Assembly (NCBI GenBank): GCA_016926735.1
Contig: JAFGOA010000238.1
Location: forward strand, 1-31,983
Length of the DNA stretch: 31,983 nucleotides
From: Promethearchaeota archaeon
Lineage (GTDB): Archaea > Asgardarchaeota > Lokiarchaeia > Sigyniarchaeales > SOKP01
Reading direction: 5' to 3'
Under the pieces are notes generated by a model that worked only from the letters and a program-made list of their open reading frames with translations, made no database searches and was not told the DNA's origin. Positions 18,025 through 26,660 of this stretch are shown piece after piece (positions within the stretch are counted from its first letter, which is position 1; each line of letters starts with the position of its first letter). Position numbers and translations under genes: made by a program.

Positions 18025-19167
18025 TTATTCCTCCATAAATTTAATAAATTTACTAAATATTATATCCTTCAAATCTAATGATCCCGGAGATCCCTCTGGA
18101 TTAAAGGCTACAGAAAATATTGGTTTAGATTCATGGAAAAGTCCCTCATTTGTTTTATCATCTTTATCATAATATAATTCCTTAAAACCATTTTTTTCAA
18201 AATTTTTAATACAATATCCATGATTCTGAAAAGTAATATAACAGTAATTTGAGATTTTATCTACAGTTGTTCTTCCTCCTCTATGTTCAGAGACCATTTT
18301 ATAACACTCTCCCCCTGCAGCTAATCCAATTAACATATTTCCTAAACCAATCCCTAATGTAGGGATATTATTATCGATTAAATCTTTAACAAATTCGATT
18401 GTCTGTTTACATAAATAAGGATTTCCCGGACCATTTGTTAATATAACTCCATTGGGACATAATTGTGTTAAATTCTTATAAGAATATAAATTAGGAATTA
18501 ATATAATATCATATCCTTCATTTAACAAAATTCTTAAAATATTATTTTTTACTCCTAGATCTAATACTGCAATAGTTCCTTTTGGATTTGTTACTAAAAA
18601 TTTTTTAATTTTCTCTGTAGAAACGCTTTTTATTAAATCTTTATTTGAAGGATCCTTAATATTCTTTACTTCTTCTTTTAATTGTTCAATATTAGGTTTA
18701 TCTCCAATGTCAAATACCTGAAGTATCCCTAATTGGGTTCCTTTTTCTACTATCTTTTGTGTTAACATTCGAGTATCAATCCATTGAATACCTGGAATAT
18801 CTTCTTCAATAAGCCAATCTTCTAAGGTCATAACCATTTCATAATGACTAGGATTTTTACAATATTCGTTGATTATTATTCCCTTTAGTTTAATAGAATC
18901 TGATTCAAAATGTTTAGGTATTCCAAACTGATCTATATTTTTATCTGGAACACCATAATTACCAATCAAAGGATATGTAAAAACAAGTATTTGATCTTTA
19001 AATGTACTATCTGTAAGTACTTCAATATAACCTGATCCTGGAATTGTTGAAAAAGTTATTTCACCACATACTTTTTTGATAGCTCCTAATCCTATACCTT
19101 CGAAATACGTTCCATCTTGTAACATCAAAATGGCAGTTTTTTCCTTTTTATTAATCATGCTAAACAT
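18025..19167 (-). CDS. carA: Carbamoyl-phosphate synthase small subunit, glutaminase catalytic residues substituted
   Basis: LQDGTYFEG, TYPLIGNYGV, IPGIQWIDTRMLT, DLGVKNNILR, NGPGNP and QNHGY are present. It reads GIGLGNM instead of GICLGHQ and AFNPE instead of QF/YHPE. Confidence 0.93.
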   Translation of the reverse strand: MFSMINKKEKTAILMLQDGTYFEGIGLGAIKKVCGEITFSTIPGSGYIEVLTDSTFKDQILVFTYPLIGNYGVPDKNIDQFGIPKHFESDSIKLKGIIINEYCKNPSHYEMVMTLEDWLIEEDIPGIQWIDTRMLTQKIVEKGTQLGILQVFDIGDKPNIEQLKEEVKNIKDPSNKDLIKSVSTEKIKKFLVTNPKGTIAVLDLGVKNNILRILLNEGYDIILIPNLYSYKNLTQLCPNGVILTNGPGNPYLCKQTIEFVKDLIDNNIPTLGIGLGNMLIGLAAGGECYKMVSEHRGGRTTVDKISNYCYITFQNHGYCIKNFEKNGFKELYYDKDDKTNEGLFHESKPIFSVAFNPEGSPGSLDLKDIIFSKFIKFMEE

Positions 19168-19570
19168 TAAATTGATTATGATTTAAAATATAATAAATAT
19201 AAATAGTTAAACTATTCTATAAAATATAACAATCTTTCAATAATGTTATTAAATTTAAATTATTGATAAAGAGATTCTTAAATTATTTTTAACTTATTTT
19301 AGAAAATTTAGCCCTTTTTTCTGGAAATTATTAATATATTTGAATATGAGATTCAAGAAAATAGAGAAAATTATTAGAGATCTTCTTTTTACATAATTAT
19401 TATTTTTTAATCCCATTCTTCACCATTTATATCTGTAGAGAGAAATAATTTCTATATATTACTCTTTTTTTTTAGTGCTTAAAAAATAATGAGTTCGAAT
19501 AATAATAATGTTCAAGTACAATATTCTTGTATTAGGTATATTTAGATTTTAAGAGATTTGAATCAAATTT

Positions 19571-19632
19571 TGGTTTCGAAAAATGAAATGATAAATAAGC
19601 AAAAAATGAAATGATAAAATAAATGAAATGAC
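19571..19632 (-). repeat. Dispersed intergenic repeat, copy E (partial, with a triplicated aaatgaaatga motif)
   Basis: tggtttcgaaaaatgaaatgataaat (19571-19596) is the exact reverse complement of 20200-20225. Two more aaatgaaatga units follow. Confidence 0.8.
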
Positions 19633-19669
19633 ATTTTTTTTTTAAAAAAGAATTTCTTTTTATTTTTAG

Positions 19670-20087
19670 ATGAAAGAGAGTTAATCCATTCTATTGACTT
19701 TACTTCTATTATTTTTTGTTTTTGTTCTAACCATAGAGATGCATTATCTGGAGTCCATTCTTCAATAATTCCATCTTATCTTATATATTCAAGTTTTTTG
19801 TCTAATTTTTTACCAGTTACTGGAATTGATTGAGGTAAGTATAATAGTATATTTGGGTCATGCTCTTGTAATACCATTAAAGTATCTTCAAGGAAAGATT
19901 CTCCTCCTAATCGGTTTAAGTAGATTGTTTTCCTTGATTCACTATTTGGATAATATTCAAGAGCTATATTTTTCATATATTCCTTTTTAGAATACCTAAT
20001 TGTACGGAAAGAAACTAATGATGGTTTCACTTCTCTTAATTGCACTAAGTTGAGATTATCTATATAAGGAGATTTTAAGCTAATCAT
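19670..20087 (-). pseudogene. Disrupted gene of unknown function (premature TAA, probably 5'-truncated or frameshifted)
   Basis: The 103-aa ORF ends in TAA at 19776-19778, but the same frame continues with protein-like DGIIEEWTPDNASLWLEQKQKIIEVKSIEWINSL. Confidence 0.55.
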
Positions 20088-20120
20088 TCTGAGATTTTAT
20101 AATAATAGGTGAATTAATAT

Positions 20121-20317
20121 AATATCAAATCATTCCTTTATAAAGAATGTCAAATCATTAACTATAAATTATCTACAAATATAATATTTTTGAGAGTTAA
20201 TTTATCATTTCATTTTTCGAAACCACAATTCACATGTGAGTTTCCAAAAATAACCCAAAAACCTTTATAAAAAGAATTTTTAAAATTTTTATTTTAGTTT
20301 TCATAAATAATACAAAA
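20121..20317 (+). repeat. Dispersed intergenic repeat, copy F (one of the most complete)
   Basis: aatatcaaatcatt...gagagttaatttatcatttcatttttcgaaaccacaattcacatgtgagtttccaaaaataacccaaaaacctttataaaaagaatttttaaaattt...ttttcataaataatacaaaa. Confidence 0.85.
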
Positions 20318-20549
20318 CTATTATTTAAAAAAAATACAATTTTCCATTTCTTTTTTCTTCAATAAATAATTCAAAAAAAACCAAAGTGCTTTGATAAATT
20401 AAGGTAGATATTTTTTCCAAATATCTCAAATACTCAATAATCAATATAGTTATGTTAAGATATTTACATAATTATAGTAAACTAAACTCATTATAGAGAA
20501 ATTATACGTATAGAAAGAATAAAAATATAAAAAAAATTAAAAGTCGATT

Positions 20550-23351
20550 TCACATTAAATCTGTTTCATTTGTAATCTCAACATTATTTGAATTAAAAAC
20601 AAATCTCTCATAGAATTCTTGAAAAAATAAGATTGGAAATGCCGTAAGTAAAATCATGAGCCACTCCATTAGTCCTAATGGATATGTTCTGATAACAATT
20701 TGCATGAAAGGTACATATATAGCTAAAAATAATAATATTAGTGCTATGATAATTGCTATTATTAATATTTTATTCTCTAGGGTTTTTTTTGAGAATATAG
20801 TGGTATTCTGGCTTACCGATAGACATTGAAATGTCTGAAATATAACTAAAGCAGCAAAAATTATTGTTCTTTGTCGCATTAAATCTGCATTTTTGATATT
20901 AATTGCTAGATTAAAATCTAAACTCCACATAAACAAAAAAATACAACCAAGAGCATTTAATACTCCAAATAACAAAATAAAAATGAGTATTTCTTTATTA
21001 AGTAATGGTTCTTTTGGATCTCTTGGTTTTCTATTCATTAAATCCTCCTCCGCAGGACTAACCCCTAAGGCTAATGCTGGAAATGTATCAGTTACTAAAT
21101 TTATATAGAGTAACTGAATTGCTAATATAGGAAGGAATATAGAGTTAAAAAAGATTAATCCTATCAAAACTAACGCCATTACGGTTAAAATTTCTCCTGC
21201 ATTGGCAGATAAAAGGTAATTTATAAATTTCTTAATGTTATCATAGATTTTTCTTCCTTCCCCAACAGCTTCTATTATATTCGCAAAATTATCATCGACT
21301 AAAATCATATCACTAGCTTGCTTTGCAACATCAGTTCCAGTTATTCCCATTGCAACTCCTATGTCTGCTCTCTTGAGAGCTGGGGCATCATTTACTCCAT
21401 CTCCCGTCATAATAACGACTTCATTATGTTTTTTCAATACATTAATAATACGTAATTTATGTGATGGATCTACTCTAGCAAAAATCTCAGTCTTCTTAAT
21501 TATTTGTTCTAGCTCTTCATCTGATATTGAATCGAGCTTTGCTCCACTAACTGGCATTGTTGAAGCTGACATTCCGATTTCTCTTCCAATTGCTTTAGCA
21601 GTTAGCATGTGATCTCCAGTAATCATTATAACCTGAATACCTGCTTTTTTTGCTTTTAATAATGCAGGTTTCGAGGATTCTCTAGGGGGATCAATCATTC
21701 CTATAAATCCTACGAATGTTAAATTATCTTCTACTAGTTCACTTTTTTTCTCTTCGAGCAAAATCTTCGATTCTTCAGAATTAATTTCTCTTGAAGAAAA
21801 GCCCAAAATTCGATATGCAAAATCGGTTGAAAATCTCTCACTGACTTTATTAATTTTATCTTTTATTTCTGAAGTTAATGGCTTTTTTTGCCCAGCTTCA
21901 AGGTAGAAATCACATAGATCTAACATTATATCTAAGGCTCCTTTTACCATTATACAATACTCTCCTGTTTTTTTATTTTTTGAAATGATACTCATTCGTT
22001 TCCGGTTGCTGTCAAAAGGAAATAAATACTCAATTTTCCATTTCCTTTTAATATTTTCAACAGTTTGAGCTTTTTCTGCTAATATCAACAGAGCAATTTC
22101 AGTTGGATCTCCAAACACTTTATAAGGTTCTCCCTCAGTTTGAAATTCAATTGAAGCTTCATTAGCTAAAGCTCCAATCTCTATTAATGATTCTAATTCT
22201 AAATCATAATCAGATTCAACTTGTTTAGAAGTTTTAGCTTTCATAATTTGACCAAGATTTGTGAATCCCGTTCCAGAAATATTATACTGATTATTGAATG
22301 TCCAAATTAAAGTCACAGTCATTTCGTTTTTTGTAAGAGTTCCAGTTTTATCTGTGCAAATAATAGTACTTGCCCCTAGAACTTCGACAGCAGGGAGCTT
22401 TCGAATAAGAGCTTTTTGTTTTGCCATTCTAGTAACTCCAATTGCTAATGAAAGGGTCATAACTACGGGTAATCCCTCTGGTACAGCAGCCACTGAAAGA
22501 CCAATAGCAAAAATAAACAACTCTTTAAAATCTTCTAATCCAACAAATAAAATTTGTACTATAAATATTATTACCGCTATAATAATTATAAAGAATGTTA
22601 ACTGTTTAGCTAAAATTTTTAATTTTTTTTGAATAGGAGTATCTTCAGTTTTAATCCCCACTAAGGATGATGCAATTTTTCCGAGTTCCGTTCTTAAACC
22701 AGTAGAAGTGACTATTCCTCTTCCTGAACCACTAGAAATTGTAGTACCTTTATATATCATATTTTTTCTTTCAGCTAAAGGTGTTTTTGAGGGGATTTTT
22801 TTTATATCTTTTCGAATAGATAAAGATTCTCCAGTTAATATTGCCTCACTCACATTGATTTCATAACTTTTAATCAAGCGAATATCTGCAGGTATAAGAT
22901 TACCAGCCTCTAATATAACTATATCGCCAGGAACCAAGAATTCTGATTTCAACTTAAGTTTTTTGTTATTCCGAAGTACAATAACTTCACTTTTTGATAA
23001 AGACTTTAAAGCTTCAATTGCTTTTTCTGCGGAATATTCTTGATAAAAACCCAAACCTGCATTTAAAATTATAACGATATTTATTGCTATTATTTCAATA
23101 ATTACATTCTCATCATTTTCAATGATTCCAATAACTGCAGTAATAATTCCCGCAATAATTAAAATAAGCACCAATAGATTTTTGAATTGATTAAGAAATA
23201 TTTTATAAGGATTTGCTTTTTTACCTGTTTCTAACTCATTTTTTCCATATTTTTGTAAGCGTTTTTCAACTTCTTCAGAACTTAATCCATTCTGACTTGT
23301 TTCTAGAATATTGTATAAATCTTCTATTGATTTGTTATATGCTTCAATCAT
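20550..23351 (-). CDS. Cation-transporting P-type ATPase, P2A (Ca2+, SERCA/PMR1-like)
   Basis: TGES, VPEGLP, phosphorylation site DKTGT, KGA, DPPR, MITGD, TGDGVNDAPALK, M5 YLLSANAGE and M6 INLVTDTFPALALG. Confidence 0.93.
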   Translation of the reverse strand: MIEAYNKSIEDLYNILETSQNGLSSEEVEKRLQKYGKNELETGKKANPYKIFLNQFKNLLVLILIIAGIITAVIGIIENDENVIIEIIAINIVIILNAGLGFYQEYSAEKAIEALKSLSKSEVIVLRNNKKLKLKSEFLVPGDIVILEAGNLIPADIRLIKSYEINVSEAILTGESLSIRKDIKKIPSKTPLAERKNMIYKGTTISSGSGRGIVTSTGLRTELGKIASSLVGIKTEDTPIQKKLKILAKQLTFFIIIIAVIIFIVQILFVGLEDFKELFIFAIGLSVAAVPEGLPVVMTLSLAIGVTRMAKQKALIRKLPAVEVLGASTIICTDKTGTLTKNEMTVTLIWTFNNQYNISGTGFTNLGQIMKAKTSKQVESDYDLELESLIEIGALANEASIEFQTEGEPYKVFGDPTEIALLILAEKAQTVENIKRKWKIEYLFPFDSNRKRMSIISKNKKTGEYCIMVKGALDIMLDLCDFYLEAGQKKPLTSEIKDKINKVSERFSTDFAYRILGFSSREINSEESKILLEEKKSELVEDNLTFVGFIGMIDPPRESSKPALLKAKKAGIQVIMITGDHMLTAKAIGREIGMSASTMPVSGAKLDSISDEELEQIIKKTEIFARVDPSHKLRIINVLKKHNEVVIMTGDGVNDAPALKRADIGVAMGITGTDVAKQASDMILVDDNFANIIEAVGEGRKIYDNIKKFINYLLSANAGEILTVMALVLIGLIFFNSIFLPILAIQLLYINLVTDTFPALALGVSPAEEDLMNRKPRDPKEPLLNKEILIFILLFGVLNALGCIFLFMWSLDFNLAINIKNADLMRQRTIIFAALVIFQTFQCLSVSQNTTIFSKKTLENKILIIAIIIALILLFLAIYVPFMQIVIRTYPLGLMEWLMILLTAFPILFFQEFYERFVFNSNNVEITNETDLM

Positions 23352-23498
23352 TTTTTAAAAGCTAATTTATATATTTTATGTTAAAAAATTCACTTATTTT
23401 AGATATTTCGGTAATGATTTATAAATCATTAATTAAATCAAGAGTTTATCTTTATTTAAGAAAAATTTTAAAATTGAAATTAATTGTATAGAAAATAG

Positions 23499-23667
23499 TT
23501 TTTTGATTATTTTGGAAAATAAATTATCTCTCTATCAATTTATTTATAAAGGATTTTGGTTTAGTTTTAGAAACTTACAACAATTATAGGTTTAAAAAAT
23601 GAAATAACAAATTAACTTCTAAAAACTATATAATTTTACATAATATCTAACTAATGATTTAATATTT
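23499..23667 (-). repeat. Dispersed intergenic repeat, copy G (inverted)
   Basis: The reverse complement reads aaatattaaatcatt...agaagttaatttgttatttcattttttaaacctataattgttgtaagtttctaaaactaaaccaaaatcctttataaataaatt...ttttccaaaataatcaaaa, which aligns with copies D and F. Confidence 0.75.
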
Positions 23668-23715
23668 ATTTAATATAATTAATTAATCAAAAGGAATAAC
23701 CTCTTTATCTCAGAA

Positions 23716-24549
23716 TTAATAAAAATCCGGAGGAGTCCAACCTAGTGATATGTATCCTTCATTAAGAGCATCTAACCTTTTTATTATTTCATCATCGAGA
23801 TTAAAATCAAATACTTGAATGTTTTCCTTGATTCTTTTAGGTTTTTTTGATTTAGGTATAACCACAATTCCTTTTTGTAAAAGATAACGAATCATTACCT
23901 GTGCAGGGCTCTTCTCAACGGATTTAGCTATAGATTTTAAAATATGATTCGAAAATTTTTGAGCTCTTGCAAGGGGGGAATATGCTTCAAGTATTATACC
24001 CTTATTTGAGCAATATTCACCTAATTCTCTTTCTTGATTGAAAAGGTGAAGTTCAATTTGATTAACTGCAGGACTCCTATTAAATTTAGCAAAAAAGTCT
24101 TTTTCAAACCTTTTTATTGTAAAATTGCTAACACCAATTGATTTACATAGACCTTCTTTTTGTAAATCTTGAAAAGACTCCCAAGTTTTCAAATAATCTC
24201 CCACAGGCCAATGAACTAAGAATAAATCAATATAATCTGTTTTTAATTTATCAAGACTAATTTGCAGTTCTTTCCGAGCTTTATCAACATTATCTGGAAA
24301 GTATTTAGTGGTTATAAATATCTCAGATCTATCGACTGATGAGTTCTTTATTGCATTTCCTACAAATTCTTCATTGTTATATACTATTGCTGTATCAATA
24401 TGTCGATAACCCTCATCCAGAGCTACTTTGACGGATTTCTCACAAAGATTTTTGTCTGTTATTTCAAAAACACCAAATCCTATCTGAGGAATTAAATTTC
24501 CATCATTTAGAGTTAATGTTGTATTTGGATTTAGATCACTCATAATCAT
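23716..24549 (-). CDS. Aldo/keto reductase (DkgA/YvgN-like)
   Basis: IPQIGFG, GYRHIDTAIVY, FITTK, DLFLVHWP, IGVSNF, NQIELH, AYSPL and IPKS motifs. Confidence 0.93.
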   Translation of the reverse strand: MIMSDLNPNTTLTLNDGNLIPQIGFGVFEITDKNLCEKSVKVALDEGYRHIDTAIVYNNEEFVGNAIKNSSVDRSEIFITTKYFPDNVDKARKELQISLDKLKTDYIDLFLVHWPVGDYLKTWESFQDLQKEGLCKSIGVSNFTIKRFEKDFFAKFNRSPAVNQIELHLFNQERELGEYCSNKGIILEAYSPLARAQKFSNHILKSIAKSVEKSPAQVMIRYLLQKGIVVIPKSKKPKRIKENIQVFDFNLDDEIIKRLDALNEGYISLGWTPPDFY

Positions 24550-24658
24550 TATCTATTCGTTTTTATTCTTTTCTGATAAAATGTTTTTAAAATAAAATAT
24601 AATAATTTTTATTTTTTTAAATTACATCATAAAAACAAATAAAAGAGTAGAATAAAAT

Positions 24659-24810
24659 TTTTGTATTTTTTTTGGTAAACTTTGCATTTATTTGGAAAAT
24701 TTATCATTTCATTGTTCGAAACCACATGTAAATTTTCAAAAATAATCCAAAATCCTTTATAAAGAGAATTTTTAAAATCTCAATTTTTAATTTTCATAAA
24801 TAACACAAAA
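24659..24810 (+). repeat. Dispersed intergenic repeat, copy H (preceded by two inverted ~20-bp units)
   Basis: atttatcatttcattgttcgaaaccacatgtaaattttcaaaaataatccaaaatcctttataaagagaatttttaaaat...ttttcataaataacacaaaa (24699-24810). 24659-24700 holds reverse-oriented units. Confidence 0.85.
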
Positions 24811-24946
24811 TTCTAGTTAAATTGAACTAATGCAACTCATTCGACAAGTTCAATTTATATATTATTTTAATATATAATATTAAAATACCCTAAAGGAAGG
24901 TGTTTTCTTTTGCTGTAATTGATAAATTTTATAAATTATATACAAC

Positions 24947-25591
24947 CTAAAGGTTGTGTTTTCCTATAGAATGATTACTTGTTGACAGATTGAATTTTAA
25001 AATTTCACTTATTATTACATTTTTTAAAAACTCAACTAATTCTTCATCTTTAGAAAAAATAGGCATTACAAAAATATGGCGATGAGTATAAGCCTCTAAA
25101 GTATTAAATATTAATAATAAATCTGTTAAAAATTTAACTGGTGATATCTTTTTAAGCATTTTATTTGAATTTTGTATTTTAGTTCCATTAATTTTAAATA
25201 AATTAAAGATTTTTGAATTATATTCCTGTGAAAAAGATTTATCCGAAAGAATGGCTTGATTTAATGCATTATGGTATGATAATTCAAGATAATGAGAAGA
25301 TATATGTTTACGAATCATATTCTTAAGAACATTTTCAAAATTTGTTTCATTTAGATTTTTAAAACCTTCTAAATCTAAGATGGAATGAAATTTATTTTCA
25401 AGTATCTTCTTTAAAATAGATATTTTTCCTTTTGGAAAATAACGATATATAGTCCCAATACTGATTCCTGTCTTACTAGCTATTAAATTTGTTGTTAATT
25501 TATCATATCCTTTATCATTTAGTAAATTAAAAAAACATTCTATGATTTTTCTGACTTTTTCTGATTTATTACGATTAAATTTTTTTTGCAT
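24947..25591 (-). CDS. TetR/AcrR-family transcriptional regulator
   Basis: HTH motif KGYDKLTTNLIASKTGISIGTIYRYF. Start moved to MQKKF (25591) because the upstream ATG at 25621 lies inside an operator-like palindrome. Confidence 0.88.
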   Translation of the reverse strand: MQKKFNRNKSEKVRKIIECFFNLLNDKGYDKLTTNLIASKTGISIGTIYRYFPKGKISILKKILENKFHSILDLEGFKNLNETNFENVLKNMIRKHISSHYLELSYHNALNQAILSDKSFSQEYNSKIFNLFKINGTKIQNSNKMLKKISPVKFLTDLLLIFNTLEAYTHRHIFVMPIFSKDEELVEFLKNVIISEILKFNLSTSNHSIGKHNL

Positions 25592-25604
25592 AATATTTAT
25601 AAAT

Positions 25605-25646
25605 AAGTGAGCATTACTCATAAATGTGACTGAGCATTGCTCACTT
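25605..25646. promoter_or_regulatory. Tandem palindromic operators, probably bound by the adjacent TetR
   Basis: tgagcattactca (25608-25620) and tgagcattgctca (25631-25643, perfect 6-1-6 dyad) lie in the short divergent intergenic region. Confidence 0.7.
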
Positions 25647-25680
25647 ACTCTTTTAAAAATATAAAAAAAAGTGAAGTAAT

Positions 25681-26385
25681 ATGTTTAAAAATTATAATAA
25701 AAACACAAGAATATACAATTTAACCATACTTTTTGTACTTGTTTATATAGCTCTCTTGATTCTTGCAATGTTTACTTATACAGGAGGAAACGAAATAGAT
25801 ATCAATACGAAAGGATATTCATTCTTTAGTAATTATTTCAGTGATTTGGGAAGAATTAAATCTTATTCTGGAAATAATAATATTTGTTCTCTTTGTTTAT
25901 TTGTTACTGCATTGATAAGTATAAACATTATTTTGATATTTTTCCATAGAGAAATAATGCTGTTTTTTAAAAATAATCCAAGATTTAAATTAATAAGCTA
26001 CTTAGCTTCTATATTTGGTATAAGTTCTTCAATTTTTGCTATTTTCGTTCCACTTTTTCCTGAAGATATTTATCCTACTCAACATATTTTAGTGACTATG
26101 CTTTTTTCTAATCTTTTAGTAATCTCTTTTATTTTTTATGCATTTATAATTAGAAGAGATAAGTTAATTCCTAATTATTATTTTACATTGATTTTAGTCT
26201 ATATTATATGCCTTTGTATCTTTCTTTCTTTCATAATGATTGATTTTGGCTTTAGTTCTAATATATTGATATATATTCAAGCAACAGGGCAGAAAATAAT
26301 TATTTTCTTTGGTTTCATTTGTATTGCATGTCTTTCATATGGTATGCAAAATCGCATTAAATTGGAAATAAAAGAAGCTAATTAA
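25681..26385 (+). CDS. Multi-pass membrane protein (DUF998-like)
   Basis: About 6 TM segments with a YSFFSNYFSDLG motif and a His in a later helix. Divergent from TetR. Confidence 0.65.
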   Translation: MFKNYNKNTRIYNLTILFVLVYIALLILAMFTYTGGNEIDINTKGYSFFSNYFSDLGRIKSYSGNNNICSLCLFVTALISINIILIFFHREIMLFFKNNPRFKLISYLASIFGISSSIFAIFVPLFPEDIYPTQHILVTMLFSNLLVISFIFYAFIIRRDKLIPNYYFTLILVYIICLCIFLSFIMIDFGFSSNILIYIQATGQKIIIFFGFICIACLSYGMQNRIKLEIKEAN

Positions 26386-26590
26386 CAATACTATTTAGAA
26401 GAAATGTTAATAAAAAAGATTATTTCTCCAATTTAATATTATTAAAAACTAACTTTTTTTTTTAATCTCTTTTTAAATTATTATCTTATTCAAAATAATT
26501 GATTTCATTCAATATTTTAAAAATAAAGTTTGATTCTTTTAAATTTAGAATAAATCAAAATCTTTATGTGAAAATATATAAAAATAATAT

Positions 26591-26660
26591 TTTTGCATTT
26601 TTTCTGAAAAATTTTATATTATTTTGGAAAATTTTGGGTTATTTTTGGAAACTCACAATT
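26591..26660 (-). repeat. Dispersed intergenic repeat, copy I (inverted, abutting the msrB stop codon)
   Basis: The reverse complement aattgtgagtttccaaaaataacccaaaattttccaaaataatataaaatttttcagaaaaaatgcaaaa contains tgtgagtttccaaaaataacccaaaa, identical to the same stretch in copy F. Confidence 0.8.

Noticed and set aside
19776-19778. Stop-codon recoding of the in-frame TAA
   Set aside because: TAA terminates most genes in the window, so pseudogenisation or a sequence error is the simpler explanation.
9293-26660. Dispersed repeats as a CRISPR array
   Set aside because: Copies are kilobases apart, degenerate and in both orientations. There is no regular repeat-spacer period and no cas gene.
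9293-26660. Dispersed repeats as canonical integron attC sites
   Set aside because: I found no consistent RYYYAAC...GTTRRRY ends and no integrase. Gene orientations are mixed and core genes such as carAB are included. A non-canonical cassette role is left open in the findings.
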